Sequence record: OR062946.1
Direction: 5' to 3' (one strand)
Origin: Escherichia phage 310Ecol104PP
Length of the DNA stretch: 64,000 bases
This document shows, in pieces, positions 51,557 to 60,831 of the stretch. Below the pieces are notes generated by a model that was not told where the DNA came from, did no database searches, and saw only the letters and a program-made list of their open reading frames with translations. Both the position numbers and the translations under genes were made by a program. Within the stretch, counting starts at the first letter, position 1, and each line of letters opens with the position of its first letter.

Positions 51557-51581
51557 TTCAATATCCTCATTTGCCCAATTA

Positions 51582-51612
51582 ATTATACCACATCCTTGTG
51601 GTATGGTAAAGT
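51582..51612 (-). promoter_or_regulatory. sigma-70-like promoter (TTTACC, 17 nt, TGTGGTATAAT)
   Basis: Extended -10 TGnTATAAT on minus strand. Confidence 0.45.
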
Positions 51613-51615
51613 AAA

Positions 51616-53436
51616 CTACTGGCTCATCCATTCTTTACGAAGGTCAGCATTATCTCCCATGAGCATTTCAAAAAGCTCTTTCCAGTTCTCAGGAAGTTTA
51701 ACAACATCATATACTGGGTTTTGAATCATCTCACGATATTCAGATTTTTCCAAAGAGCCAAGTCCCTTAATATAACGGATGCTATGTTTAGGTAGAGCAT
51801 CCTTGGCACTCTCATATTCAGCGACTGTATAAAACCATTCTTGTTTTTTACCGACCTGAGCGATGATTACAGGAGTTTTGACAAAGCGAATTCGTCCTTG
51901 CTCAAACAATTCTGGCCAATTACTAAAAAATCCGAGCAGAGAAGGATAAATGCTTCCTAGACCATCATGGTCAGCATCGGTCATAATAGCAATATTATGA
52001 TAATTCAAGTTTTCAGCCTTTTCACCAAGAACTAATCCAGTGATTGCGCAAATGTCAAACAGTTCTTTGTTTTTAAGCATATCGGCATATGACATACCCC
52101 AGCTATTAAGAACTTTACCACGTAATGGATAACCACCATGAAGTTCTTTATCACGAACATCAATAAGATATCCGATAGCAGAATCACCCTCAGTCAAGAA
52201 AAGAGTAGTATCAGCATCTTTACCACAAAGATTCGCTTTAATATGTTTATGAACCTTAGCTTTAGAAGCCTTTTTAGCTGCTTTAGTTTCTGCTGCTTTT
52301 TCTGCCGCCAATTTACGAGCCAAAGCAGCTTCAATAATCGGCATCAAAATTGCTTCATTATTTAGAATAGCACGTGAAATCTTTTTAGCATCAAGTTGAA
52401 TATGACTACGAATTTCGCCAAATGGAGAAGTCAAACGCTCTTTAGTTTGAGAATCAAATCGCATGTTTTTCATATCACGAACAAACATGACGATAGTCAA
52501 ACATTCTTTAACGCGTGCTTTAGTTACATCAATTTTGAACTTACGTTTGATTTGTGGAATAAGGTCTTCACAAATATCATCCATAACACAGTCAATGTGA
52601 TGGCCACCATTCTTAGTGTGAATGTTATTCACGTAAGTTAATTGACGAAATCCATCCGGTGAACGACCAACCGCAATAGAACAATTTTCTTGTTCTTGAA
52701 CAATAGCATGCTCATCATACTGTCGTGCATATTTCTTAAAATTGCCCTGAACTTTTTTACCATTAAAGGTAAATTGAATATCAGGATAAACAACAGCAAG
52801 TGTCTGGAGACGATCCAGTGTAATGTCAAGATAAACTTGGGACAGCTCATTAGTTTCAAATGACATAAAATCAGGAATGAAAGTAACACGAGTTCCTTTC
52901 CATTTTCCAGGAATATCTTCCCATGATTTATTTTCCATGCCATTTGAGCAACGAACTACAATATTATTTTGACCATCGCCAGTTTCACCGACAAACATCA
53001 CAGAAAAAATGTTAGTTAAACTAGAACCAACACCATTCATACCACCGGTGACACGTTCTTTATCATCACCAAAGTTACCACCCGCTTTTGGAATAGTCCA
53101 AGCAGCAACTGGACCAGGAATTTCTTCACCGGTAGGTGTTTTAACCATCGCTTGTGGAATACCGCGACCGTTATCTTCAACTGTTACTTGATTGTTTTTA
53201 ATAGTAACATTAATTTTATTTGCGAATTTAAACTTAGTACGAATACCTTCATCTACTGAGTTATCGATAATTTCATCAATAAGCTTAACAAGACCAGGTA
53301 CATACTGAACACTTTCCCATTTACCAAACAGAAAGCGCTCATGCATTTCATTAGCAGAAGAGCCAATATACATGCCGCTACGCTTTTTGATATGTTCAAT
53401 ATCGCTCAGAATTTTAATTTCATTCTTAATCATCAC
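51616..53436 (-). CDS. 39: DNA topoisomerase II large subunit gp39, continuous form
   Basis: 606 aa single ORF with GHKL ATPase motifs; T4 splits this into gene 39 plus gene 60. Confidence 0.9.
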   Translation of the reverse strand: MMIKNEIKILSDIEHIKKRSGMYIGSSANEMHERFLFGKWESVQYVPGLVKLIDEIIDNSVDEGIRTKFKFANKINVTIKNNQVTVEDNGRGIPQAMVKTPTGEEIPGPVAAWTIPKAGGNFGDDKERVTGGMNGVGSSLTNIFSVMFVGETGDGQNNIVVRCSNGMENKSWEDIPGKWKGTRVTFIPDFMSFETNELSQVYLDITLDRLQTLAVVYPDIQFTFNGKKVQGNFKKYARQYDEHAIVQEQENCSIAVGRSPDGFRQLTYVNNIHTKNGGHHIDCVMDDICEDLIPQIKRKFKIDVTKARVKECLTIVMFVRDMKNMRFDSQTKERLTSPFGEIRSHIQLDAKKISRAILNNEAILMPIIEAALARKLAAEKAAETKAAKKASKAKVHKHIKANLCGKDADTTLFLTEGDSAIGYLIDVRDKELHGGYPLRGKVLNSWGMSYADMLKNKELFDICAITGLVLGEKAENLNYHNIAIMTDADHDGLGSIYPSLLGFFSNWPELFEQGRIRFVKTPVIIAQVGKKQEWFYTVAEYESAKDALPKHSIRYIKGLGSLEKSEYREMIQNPVYDVVKLPENWKELFEMLMGDNADLRKEWMSQ

Positions 53437-53460
53437 TTATCCTCGTTTGGTTTCGGGAAT

Positions 53461-53485
53461 ATTATACTCCGGTAATCATAAAGCT
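53461..53485 (-). promoter_or_regulatory. probable middle promoter for gene 39 (MotA-box-like GCTTTA, 12 nt, TATAAT)
   Basis: Read on minus strand. Confidence 0.4.
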
Positions 53486-53503
53486 AAAGGCCCGAAGGCC
53501 TTT
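53486..53503 (-). terminator. hairpin AAAGGCC-CGAA-GGCCTTT
   Basis: Identical to 5932-5949. Confidence 0.5.
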
Positions 53504-53772
53504 TATTTAAAACGGATAGTCGAATCCTTGAAGAATAGACCAGAACATACTGTTCCTTCTACTTTCTGCCCAGTAGGTCCAACAGCACGAAATCCAGTGT
53601 GTTGGAAATCATTTTCAGAGCAACCGAACCAGTTATATCCAGTGATTTCAATATTAGTAAAACCGCTTGAAGATAAAACTTTGGTTGCATTATCAGCATC
53701 AGTACATCCTACTAAAGATACTGCTAATACTAATGCTGCGATAGAACGATTAACATATTTCATAATTTTCAC
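53503..53772 (-). CDS. small secreted lipoprotein, 89 aa
   Basis: Signal peptide with lipobox LVGC, Cys-containing mature region. Confidence 0.6.
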   Translation of the reverse strand: MKIMKYVNRSIAALVLAVSLVGCTDADNATKVLSSSGFTNIEITGYNWFGCSENDFQHTGFRAVGPTGQKVEGTVCSGLFFKDSTIRFK

Positions 53773-54140
53773 TTAAATTTAATGGCTTGAAGGAGACTAA
53801 TAATTCTTAAACGGCTTCTTTCATCTTTAACTGTAAAAGAAAGAGGGTCGCCAGATTTCATAGTAATAGTGCATTCAAAATCAAAATCTTCTGTGACTTC
53901 TTCGAAGAAGTCAAATTCTTCATCATAAATTAGAACACTACTTTGCAGACTGTGGAGAGTTTTTCCAGCATTTCCAGATGCTGTACCAATCATTGTAACA
54001 TTATGACCTTTCATATCTTCAACGATAAATTCGTTTGTCAATATTACAGCATTAATAGAACTATTCCTATTACTAACAGAAAGTAGAAATTTCTGTTCTT
54101 CACCTTCACGAATACGATATTTCTTACCAATTTTAAACAT
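53769..54140 (-). CDS. hypothetical protein, 123 aa
   Basis: ORF in operon context. Confidence 0.5.
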   Translation of the reverse strand: MFKIGKKYRIREGEEQKFLLSVSNRNSSINAVILTNEFIVEDMKGHNVTMIGTASGNAGKTLHSLQSSVLIYDEEFDFFEEVTEDFDFECTITMKSGDPLSFTVKDERSRLRIISLLQAIKFK

Positions 54141-54142
54141 AA

Positions 54143-54319
54143 TTACCCTTTAAGTAAGTCGTAAAAACCACCATTCACATGCTTAGGAGCAGAAGGCCGA
54201 CGAGTAGACAGACGATGACATTTAGGGCAAACATCATTTTCTCGTTCAGAAATCTTTTTAATTTTTTCATATTCATGCCCGCAATCTTCGGATTGGCATT
54301 TATAATCATACATTGGCAT
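54143..54319 (-). CDS. zinc-ribbon small protein, 58 aa (not in supplied ORF track)
   Basis: AAGGA RBS; paired cysteine motifs CxxxxC ... CxxC in MPMYDYKCQSEDCGHEYEKI...VCPKCHRL. Confidence 0.5.
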   Translation of the reverse strand: MPMYDYKCQSEDCGHEYEKIKKISERENDVCPKCHRLSTRRPSAPKHVNGGFYDLLKG

Positions 54320-54321
54320 AA

Positions 54322-54747
54322 TTATTCCTTAAAATGTGCTTTCAACATCTGATACAAGGACCATGCATGTTCATTATTTTCAATAGTAACTTTCATGACC
54401 GGGAATTCTGTGAAATCTTCTATTTGTTCTTGCTCTTTCTCTTCCTGCTCTTGCTCTTCGGCTGCCTGGTATGGATTTTCCACTTCATCAAAGAACACAG
54501 CTTCGCTCGTTGAAAGCCAGATAAAATCTTCATCCAAAATATCTTTACCAGAAGATAACGCCAATTTTCCACTAGATGTCACAAGTTTAGTAGGACGACC
54601 AAGATAGTCAATATCTGTAACTCTAAAAGGTTCCATACCAAGACGACGTGCATAAATTCCGTTTTCAGTATGGTCCTTGATAAAATCTTCTTGAGCTTGT
54701 TTATTTTTAAATTGATACCATTTATTAACTTCAAATTTAATAGCCAT
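54322..54747 (-). CDS. hypothetical acidic protein, 141 aa (possibly goF/comC-alpha homologue by position and length)
   Basis: Position between gene 39 and dexA; naming from memory only. Confidence 0.45.
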   Translation of the reverse strand: MAIKFEVNKWYQFKNKQAQEDFIKDHTENGIYARRLGMEPFRVTDIDYLGRPTKLVTSSGKLALSSGKDILDEDFIWLSTSEAVFFDEVENPYQAAEEQEQEEKEQEQIEDFTEFPVMKVTIENNEHAWSLYQMLKAHFKE

Positions 54748-54962
54748 TAATAAGTTTCCTTCCAGTAAGTTGTGCCATCTTCAGTAATTTCACGAAATAC
54801 ACCGTAAATTGGTTGTTTATCACCAACCTTTTCATACACATAAACCGAAGTCAAGTGAGTAAACTTAACGGTATGTTCTTTTTGAACTACTACCAAATCT
54901 GGATCGAATAGTACATCTTCAAATTCGTCATTAGTGCAATTCTGAACAATTTTACGTTTCAT
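54747..54962 (-). CDS. hypothetical protein, 71 aa (possibly cef homologue by position and length)
   Basis: Position and length only. Confidence 0.4.
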   Translation of the reverse strand: MKRKIVQNCTNDEFEDVLFDPDLVVVQKEHTVKFTHLTSVYVYEKVGDKQPIYGVFREITEDGTTYWKETY

Positions 54963-54975
54963 TACAATTTCCTCA

Positions 54976-55257
54976 TTAATTGAACAGTGGAGCGATGCGT
55001 TTCAGAAGAGTAGCAGCACCTTTAGCGAATTTTACATCATGAAAAACAGTTTCTTCTTCCGTTACAACACGAGCTTTAATGTTTTCACAATCCCAATTTT
55101 TGCGAACAATCTTCAAAAGCTGCAGTAAATCTTTACATTCAGCAATATCGATAACACATCCACGAGAATCTTCCATTATCGCACGATAACCGTAAGCCAT
55201 ACCATAATCATTGAAAGATTGCTCGATGATAATTAAATTTTCCATTTTATTCTCCAA
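54976..55257 (-). CDS. hypothetical protein, 93 aa
   Basis: ORF downstream of promoter-like element. Confidence 0.5.
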   Translation of the reverse strand: MENKMENLIIIEQSFNDYGMAYGYRAIMEDSRGCVIDIAECKDLLQLLKIVRKNWDCENIKARVVTEEETVFHDVKFAKGAATLLKRIAPLFN

Positions 55258-55287
55258 GTTGTTTTCTGTATCAGTAGTTGATATTGA

Positions 55288-55320
55288 TATAGTACCATAA
55301 TCAACTACTGATGTATATAG
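55288..55320 (-). promoter_or_regulatory. early-promoter-like element (TGGTACTATA -10, atypical -35)
   Basis: Conserved -10 block and upstream A/T tract but no GTTTAC. Confidence 0.35.
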
Positions 55321-55342
55321 TTTTATGAAAAAATTTTAAACT

Positions 55343-55834
55343 TTATGCATAGCGAGCTTTGCTATAGTGTTTAATCCAACTTTCAGGAATGACTTTGTAT
55401 GTTCCTAAAAATACCGCGTTGTATAACTTAACGCCATCTTCTACCCATTGATCAGTAATGTATGCACACATAGCGCGAGTACGGTTAACAACACCTTCCT
55501 CACCTTCAGTAAATTCAAACTCATAAGGAGCAACGAACTTAATAGCCTGACCGAGTTTCCACTTAAAGTCTACACCTACATGCGAAGTATCAATCGTTTC
55601 AATTCCTTTAGCAGGAACAGCTTTCAAAAACGCAGATTCAAGAAATTTCGCACGAACATAGCCAAACTGAGGTTTAGACTTTCCATCTTTAGGAATGATA
55701 CGCACTTTTACTTCAGAATCTTCATCTTTAACACCGTGTTTAAGCTGAATGCTTACAACTTCGACCAATTTTCCTGCCGCTTTAGAGCGGGATTTATCAG
55801 ATACACGAGCTAATTCACCAATATTAATAATCAT
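55343..55834 (-). CDS. hypothetical protein, 163 aa (possibly motB-like); paralog of 55908-56345
   Basis: C-terminal ITDQWVEDGVKLYNAVFLGTYKVIPESW resembles VTDQWIEDGVELLNVVHAGEYSVVPRSA of the neighbour. Confidence 0.55.
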   Translation of the reverse strand: MIINIGELARVSDKSRSKAAGKLVEVVSIQLKHGVKDEDSEVKVRIIPKDGKSKPQFGYVRAKFLESAFLKAVPAKGIETIDTSHVGVDFKWKLGQAIKFVAPYEFEFTEGEEGVVNRTRAMCAYITDQWVEDGVKLYNAVFLGTYKVIPESWIKHYSKARYA

Positions 55835-55878
55835 AGTTATCTCTCACTTGTTAAAAAGATTTTATACTCCACGGGACC

Positions 55879-55908
55879 ATTATACTCTGGTCCCAAGAGT
55901 TTGTAAAC
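55879..55908 (-). promoter_or_regulatory. T4-type early promoter (GTTTAC, 18 nt, TATAAT)
   Basis: Read on minus strand. Confidence 0.55.
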
Positions 55909-56345
55909 TAGCTTACACGAACATTAATCACTGCGCTGCGAGGAACTACAGAGTACTCTCCAGCATGAACTACGTTCAGAAGTTCAACACCATCTTCAAT
56001 CCACTGATCAGTCACCCATCCACCCACAGGATTCGCGAATGGACGACGAATATAAACTGCCTTACACAGTAGATCAGTTGGATCTTCAGGTTTTTCAATT
56101 TCTGTCAATAGACTAAAATCTTTTTCATAAATAATAAGCGGTGATACCATTCCATAATAGTTTCTAATTTCAATATACATCATACCGATAAGAATTCCGC
56201 TATTAACACTAATAACAGTAAAAGGATATCCGCCAGTTAAACCAAGAAGTTCACAAAACTTATTATGAGCTGTATTAGACAGTACCGAAAAATTCTTAAT
56301 TTCATCAAATTTTTTCAATTGATAAACAGCATTATTTTTAATCAT
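55908..56345 (-). CDS. hypothetical protein, 145 aa; paralog of 55343-55834
   Basis: Shared C-terminal motif. Confidence 0.5.
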   Translation of the reverse strand: MIKNNAVYQLKKFDEIKNFSVLSNTAHNKFCELLGLTGGYPFTVISVNSGILIGMMYIEIRNYYGMVSPLIIYEKDFSLLTEIEKPEDPTDLLCKAVYIRRPFANPVGGWVTDQWIEDGVELLNVVHAGEYSVVPRSAVINVRVS

Positions 56346-56355
56346 AATTTTCTCT

Positions 56356-56898
56356 TTAATCTAAGGTAATAAAGCCTTTTAATTCGGCATGTGACTTGCG
56401 GAACATTACTTGATGCCCACCAATGATAACTTTATCTTCAGGTACTTCGTATACAGCGAGATAAAATCCTTTAGAAGCTAATTCTTCACGCTCTTCTCGT
56501 GTGAACCATCTCATCATATCATATTCACTAGCAAAAGCAAAATGATAAAGAGCTATAAACCATCCTGGAATATAGTAATCTACGCCTACATATTCTTCTT
56601 TCTCAAAATTAGTATTAATTGCTATATTAGCATTTTTAACTAATAGTTTGTCTTCGTGCGGAAGAGGAATTCTTTTATTATCATTACTATGATGCATAAA
56701 ATTAGGTCTGTCATAACCTACGTGTAATAACCACTCTTCGCTCCATGAATCCATTATACTCCTGTACGGCGTTATTTGAACACAAAGATCTCGACGTATT
56801 GTTATAGCATCTTCATAATTAAGAATACTAAATGATGATTCAACACGATAAATTTTCATTTTATTATCCTCAGTAGCTATGGTGTTATAATACCACAA
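56356..56898 (-). CDS. hypothetical protein, 180 aa
   Basis: ORF downstream of early promoter. Confidence 0.5.
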   Translation of the reverse strand: MWYYNTIATEDNKMKIYRVESSFSILNYEDAITIRRDLCVQITPYRSIMDSWSEEWLLHVGYDRPNFMHHSNDNKRIPLPHEDKLLVKNANIAINTNFEKEEYVGVDYYIPGWFIALYHFAFASEYDMMRWFTREEREELASKGFYLAVYEVPEDKVIIGGHQVMFRKSHAELKGFITLD

Positions 56899-56927
56899 CT
56901 AACCGAGGAAGTAAACAACTTTTTATC
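56898..56927 (-). promoter_or_regulatory. T4-type early promoter (GTTTAC, 18 nt, TATTAT)
   Basis: Read on minus strand. Confidence 0.5.
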
Positions 56928-57606
56928 GTTTTGTTGGAAGAGATAGAGGATCGCACTCTTCCTCTGACGGAGCATCTTCAAGACCCATAGCATAGCGCAA
57001 AGCATACTTCATCATCAGGATGTCTTTCGCACAGTCATGAATAGAATCATGTGCAACGAATCCATCTAAAGTTCCCTTTGGAAGAGGACATGTGGTCATA
57101 TCACGAACAAGCAGAAGTGCTTCAATTCTGGTACGAATATCACGCTGATTCCAGAATTTACAAGGTTCTAACTTAAACGTATCAAGCTCATTCTCGGAAA
57201 CGCCGTTAAGACGTTGAATATCGCGAATGAGATCGACTAAAATTGGAAAATCAAACGACATTCCACGGCACCAACCTTGAGATTTCCAAGGATCGATATT
57301 ATGTGCATTGATGTAATCATTAAATTTTGCAATACCATCGATAGTGCTTACATCTTCATCGGATGGTGCAATATTTTTTCGAGCTTCAGGAGACTGATTT
57401 TTCCACCATTCGATAGTGCTTTTAGTAAAAAGACGATGTCCTTTTTGGCTTTTTAAATCAAATTTGATTTTAATGCCACGTGAAACTAATTCATCAAATG
57501 TTTCAACTACTTCTGGGTTAGGGTCAAAAGCAATTACAGCCAAATCAATAACAGCTGCTTTTTCACCGCTTCCCATTGTTTCAAAATCTATAATAAAATC
57601 AAACAT
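56923..57606 (-). CDS. dexA: exonuclease A (DEDDh 3'-5' exonuclease)
   Basis: 227 aa; N-terminal FDFIIDFETMG acidic motif; same length as T4 DexA. Confidence 0.88.
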   Translation of the reverse strand: MFDFIIDFETMGSGEKAAVIDLAVIAFDPNPEVVETFDELVSRGIKIKFDLKSQKGHRLFTKSTIEWWKNQSPEARKNIAPSDEDVSTIDGIAKFNDYINAHNIDPWKSQGWCRGMSFDFPILVDLIRDIQRLNGVSENELDTFKLEPCKFWNQRDIRTRIEALLLVRDMTTCPLPKGTLDGFVAHDSIHDCAKDILMMKYALRYAMGLEDAPSEEECDPLSLPTKR

Positions 57607-57863
57607 TAAATTTTCCTCGCTAAATCACGAATTTGACCTACAGTATAGTCTTGAATATAAACTTTATTGATAGGCTCATCAATAAATTTTGCCATAGATT
57701 CAATGTCTTTTTGTATTTCTTCAAGACTGTATACTATCTTTAAAGCTTTTTCGCGAATAGTAATATTTTCAGGACCCTGATTTTCTTCAATGACAGCTTT
57801 AACATTTGTCATAAGAGATTTAAATTGGTACCAACTTAATTCAATCATTAATAATCGCCTCAT
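57606..57863 (-). CDS. hypothetical protein, 85 aa; paralog of next ORF
   Basis: Similar length and shared ...LEEIQKD...DYTVGQI / ...LEEIERD...DYVLGEI pattern. Confidence 0.5.
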   Translation of the reverse strand: MRRLLMIELSWYQFKSLMTNVKAVIEENQGPENITIREKALKIVYSLEEIQKDIESMAKFIDEPINKVYIQDYTVGQIRDLARKI

Positions 57864-58101
57864 AAAGATAGCTAATTTCGCCTAAAACATAATCATTAAT
57901 TGTAACAGTTTTCACTTCACCGCAAAAGAATTCTAACGCAATTAAATCTCGTTCAATTTCTTCTAATTGAAGCATCAACTTACTAGATTCAATTTTTACA
58001 GTTTCACGATTTTTACCATGAGCAATTTCATAAATTTCGCTAACTTTATCCTGAAGAAGATAAAACTGATCTTTAGTTATTTCCACGAATAGCTTCCTCA
58101 A
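57841..58101 (-). CDS. hypothetical protein, 86 aa; paralog of previous ORF
   Basis: See above. Confidence 0.5.
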   Translation of the reverse strand: MRKLFVEITKDQFYLLQDKVSEIYEIAHGKNRETVKIESSKLMLQLEEIERDLIALEFFCGEVKTVTINDYVLGEISYLYEAIIND

Positions 58102-58333
58102 ATTTAATTAGTAATTTACAGACACTTTCATCTAGTGTAATTACCGTATCTGTATTACTGTGATATGATTGTTTTTCAATTCGTTTAATTGCTAATATAG
58201 TATCACTTATAAGATAAAGCTTATGAAGGAGCTCAGCTCCTGTTACCATAACATTAAGATTATCTTGCTTATTAGTATGCTTCCTTATACCATCTATTAG
58301 ACGATTTAAATATTTTGAATTGATGTTAATCAT
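58073..58333 (-). CDS. hypothetical protein, 86 aa
   Basis: ORF in operon context. Confidence 0.45.
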   Translation of the reverse strand: MININSKYLNRLIDGIRKHTNKQDNLNVMVTGAELLHKLYLISDTILAIKRIEKQSYHSNTDTVITLDESVCKLLIKFEEAIRGNN

Positions 58334-58339
58334 ATATCC

Positions 58340-59659
58340 TCACACATAAAACACATCATAACGACCACGAGTGACACCAACATAAAGAAGCTGCTGAGCT
58401 AATTCAGCATCTGCATAATGAATACAAGGCGTATAAATGAAAGCACGGTCTACAGACATACCCTGCGCTTTATGGAATGTTGATGCAGGAAGTGCTTTCA
58501 CTTTACTAAACTGTGATTTAGCATCCCAAAAATCGCTCCACGGAGCTTTTCCGCCTTTGTTCCAATTTTTATAAGTTTCTGCCGTTTTACCTAAAAATAG
58601 GTTAAACTTATACAATTCTTCATCGGATGAAATTATTTTAATCTTTTCACGATAATATTCATCATCGCCGTAAGTTTCTACTGTTAAATCCCAATGACGA
58701 ATTAGATATTCCCCAGGAACACCACGAGCTTTAACAAACGTTGATGTATACTCAGCTTCTATAATACGAACTAATTGTCCGTTATTAAAAATAATTTCTG
58801 ATACAGGCTTTCCATCAATTTTATATGTTTTAATTAATGGTTCCTGCATTACAATAATTTCACCGACAATAAAATCTTTATCAGTTTCAAAAATCTTTTT
58901 ACGAATAATGCTATTTAACTTGTCAACAGATTTATTCGTAAATGCCATTACGCGATTTTCAAACAAATCATCTAAAGATTTGACGATTGAAAAATAATTT
59001 ACCATAAAATCGCGTAAAGCGGTATCACCAGTAAATCCACGTACTCCATGCCCGTCAACAACTTTATCATAAATCCACTTACCGTTACGAACGTCAGTAG
59101 CTACATCAATAATAGGAGCATTACTGCGTTTAACTTCAGTAAGTTCACACTGATAAAAATCTTTATGTGTAAAGAATGGACTGATATAAGCAGTGTTTTC
59201 TCCTGGGTCAACAGGTCTAATTTGCTTATTATCGCCTATTCCAATTATAGTACACCAAGGTGGGATAGTTGAAAGCAGAATTTTAAACAGCTTTCTATCA
59301 TACATTGACACTTCGTCACAGATTAATACTCTGCATTTAGCTAAATCTGGTACTTCCTTCTGCTCAAAAAGAACATTTTCTTCATATGTTACCGGGTTAA
59401 TTTTAAGAATGCTGTGAATAGTACTTGCTTCTTTCCCTGATAGTTTTGAAAGAATCTTTTTAGCTGCATGAGTAGGAGCTGCTAAAATAATACCAGTTTC
59501 ACCTGTAGATATTAGGGCTTCAATAATGAACTTAGTAAGAGTAGTCTTACCAGTACCAGCAGGTCCATTAATAGTTACATGATGTTTCTTTTCTTTAATA
59601 GCCCTCATAACGATGTTAAAGGCATTTTTCTGGCCTTCGGTCAAATCATCAAATGTCAT
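58340..59659 (-). CDS. dda: Dda DNA helicase (SF1B)
   Basis: 439 aa; Walker A GPAGTGKT; same length as T4 Dda. Confidence 0.92.
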   Translation of the reverse strand: MTFDDLTEGQKNAFNIVMRAIKEKKHHVTINGPAGTGKTTLTKFIIEALISTGETGIILAAPTHAAKKILSKLSGKEASTIHSILKINPVTYEENVLFEQKEVPDLAKCRVLICDEVSMYDRKLFKILLSTIPPWCTIIGIGDNKQIRPVDPGENTAYISPFFTHKDFYQCELTEVKRSNAPIIDVATDVRNGKWIYDKVVDGHGVRGFTGDTALRDFMVNYFSIVKSLDDLFENRVMAFTNKSVDKLNSIIRKKIFETDKDFIVGEIIVMQEPLIKTYKIDGKPVSEIIFNNGQLVRIIEAEYTSTFVKARGVPGEYLIRHWDLTVETYGDDEYYREKIKIISSDEELYKFNLFLGKTAETYKNWNKGGKAPWSDFWDAKSQFSKVKALPASTFHKAQGMSVDRAFIYTPCIHYADAELAQQLLYVGVTRGRYDVFYV

Positions 59660-59967
59660 CGTAAATTCCCTGCAATTGGTATACTAACAATACGCCCAGT
59701 ATCTAAAATTCGCTGATATAATCTTTGTGTGTCTACGTCAGGCTTAACATGTTTAACTTCTATTTTATTAAACCAAAACTTGCGTGGAGTCTCAACTAAT
59801 CTTGGAATTCCCTTACCTAAAGCTAATCGATACTGCTCTTTAAGAGTAGTAAATACTTTATCAGCAATATTCCATTCAAAAAATACAGCAGGACGATGTT
59901 CATCAAGCGGAACTGGCGCCGTAAATCCGTCTTTGTCTCGGTAAACTATCGCATATACATAAACCAT
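59656..59967 (-). CDS. hypothetical protein, 103 aa (dda.1 region)
   Basis: ORF overlapping dda start. Confidence 0.5.
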   Translation of the reverse strand: MVYVYAIVYRDKDGFTAPVPLDEHRPAVFFEWNIADKVFTTLKEQYRLALGKGIPRLVETPRKFWFNKIEVKHVKPDVDTQRLYQRILDTGRIVSIPIAGNLR

Positions 59968-59968
59968 A

Positions 59969-60715
59969 TTATCCTCGGATAAGTTTAAAAATTGAACAAT
60001 TTAGCGGATATCCTCTTTTCAGTTTAAGTTTATCAATAAAAGACAAATTTTGATACCGCTCTACACCTTGAATAATTTTATCACACATATCATATTGCAT
60101 TTCTGCTTCTGACAACTTTTTCACAGTTTTCCAATCCGAACCTTTAAGAAGAACGTTCAGTTTAACAACTTCAGCGCCTTCTGCTATGCGAGAACCATCA
60201 ATACGAGCTTTAAGTGCTATAATTCTTAGCTTAATGTCAGAGGTCTGTTTTGATTTAGAAAGCTGAGAAATGTGTTCAATTCGGTTTTCACGTTTTTTCT
60301 GTATAGCTTTAATTTGATTATAAGTCTTTTTGATTTTAGCCCATTTCTTTTCATCTAAATTTAGTTTATGAACTTTTTTCGCAGATGAACGACCAATTCG
60401 CAAAGCAAACAAATCACGTTTTTCAATTAACTCCTCTAAAGTATAATCAGAACGAAATGTATTATACTTTTTCTTTACTGCAATAACATTCCCTTTAATG
60501 TATCCAACGTTATTATCAAAACGTTCTAATGATAATTTCTCTCCTTCAATACGATTATCAAAAGATTCTCCCGAGTAAGCGCAAACTTTTTGGTCTAAAA
60601 TGTTCTTAATGTAATTGAAGTCTAAGTTAAAATCTTTAGAACGTCTTTTAGCAGATGCCTGAGTGTGCTCTAAACGACGTTTAATTTTACGAATTTGATT
60701 ATTAGACAGTTTCAT
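59969..60715 (-). CDS. srd: Srd, sigma-like anti-sigma factor
   Basis: 248 aa basic ORF at the T4 srd position between dda and modA. Confidence 0.7.
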   Translation of the reverse strand: MKLSNNQIRKIKRRLEHTQASAKRRSKDFNLDFNYIKNILDQKVCAYSGESFDNRIEGEKLSLERFDNNVGYIKGNVIAVKKKYNTFRSDYTLEELIEKRDLFALRIGRSSAKKVHKLNLDEKKWAKIKKTYNQIKAIQKKRENRIEHISQLSKSKQTSDIKLRIIALKARIDGSRIAEGAEVVKLNVLLKGSDWKTVKKLSEAEMQYDMCDKIIQGVERYQNLSFIDKLKLKRGYPLNCSIFKLIRG

Positions 60716-60745
60716 ATTTTTCTCACGGACGGGTTAACTACTTAT

Positions 60746-60775
60746 ACTATAACATTTTTACTTCAGCTTGTAAAC
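60746..60775 (-). promoter_or_regulatory. T4-type early promoter upstream of srd (GTTTAC, 18 nt, TATAGT)
   Basis: Read on minus strand. Confidence 0.5.
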
Positions 60776-60831
60776 AACTTTATGAAAAATGCTTTAAAAC
60801 TTTCATGGTATAATGAATCTAAGTCCTTCCA

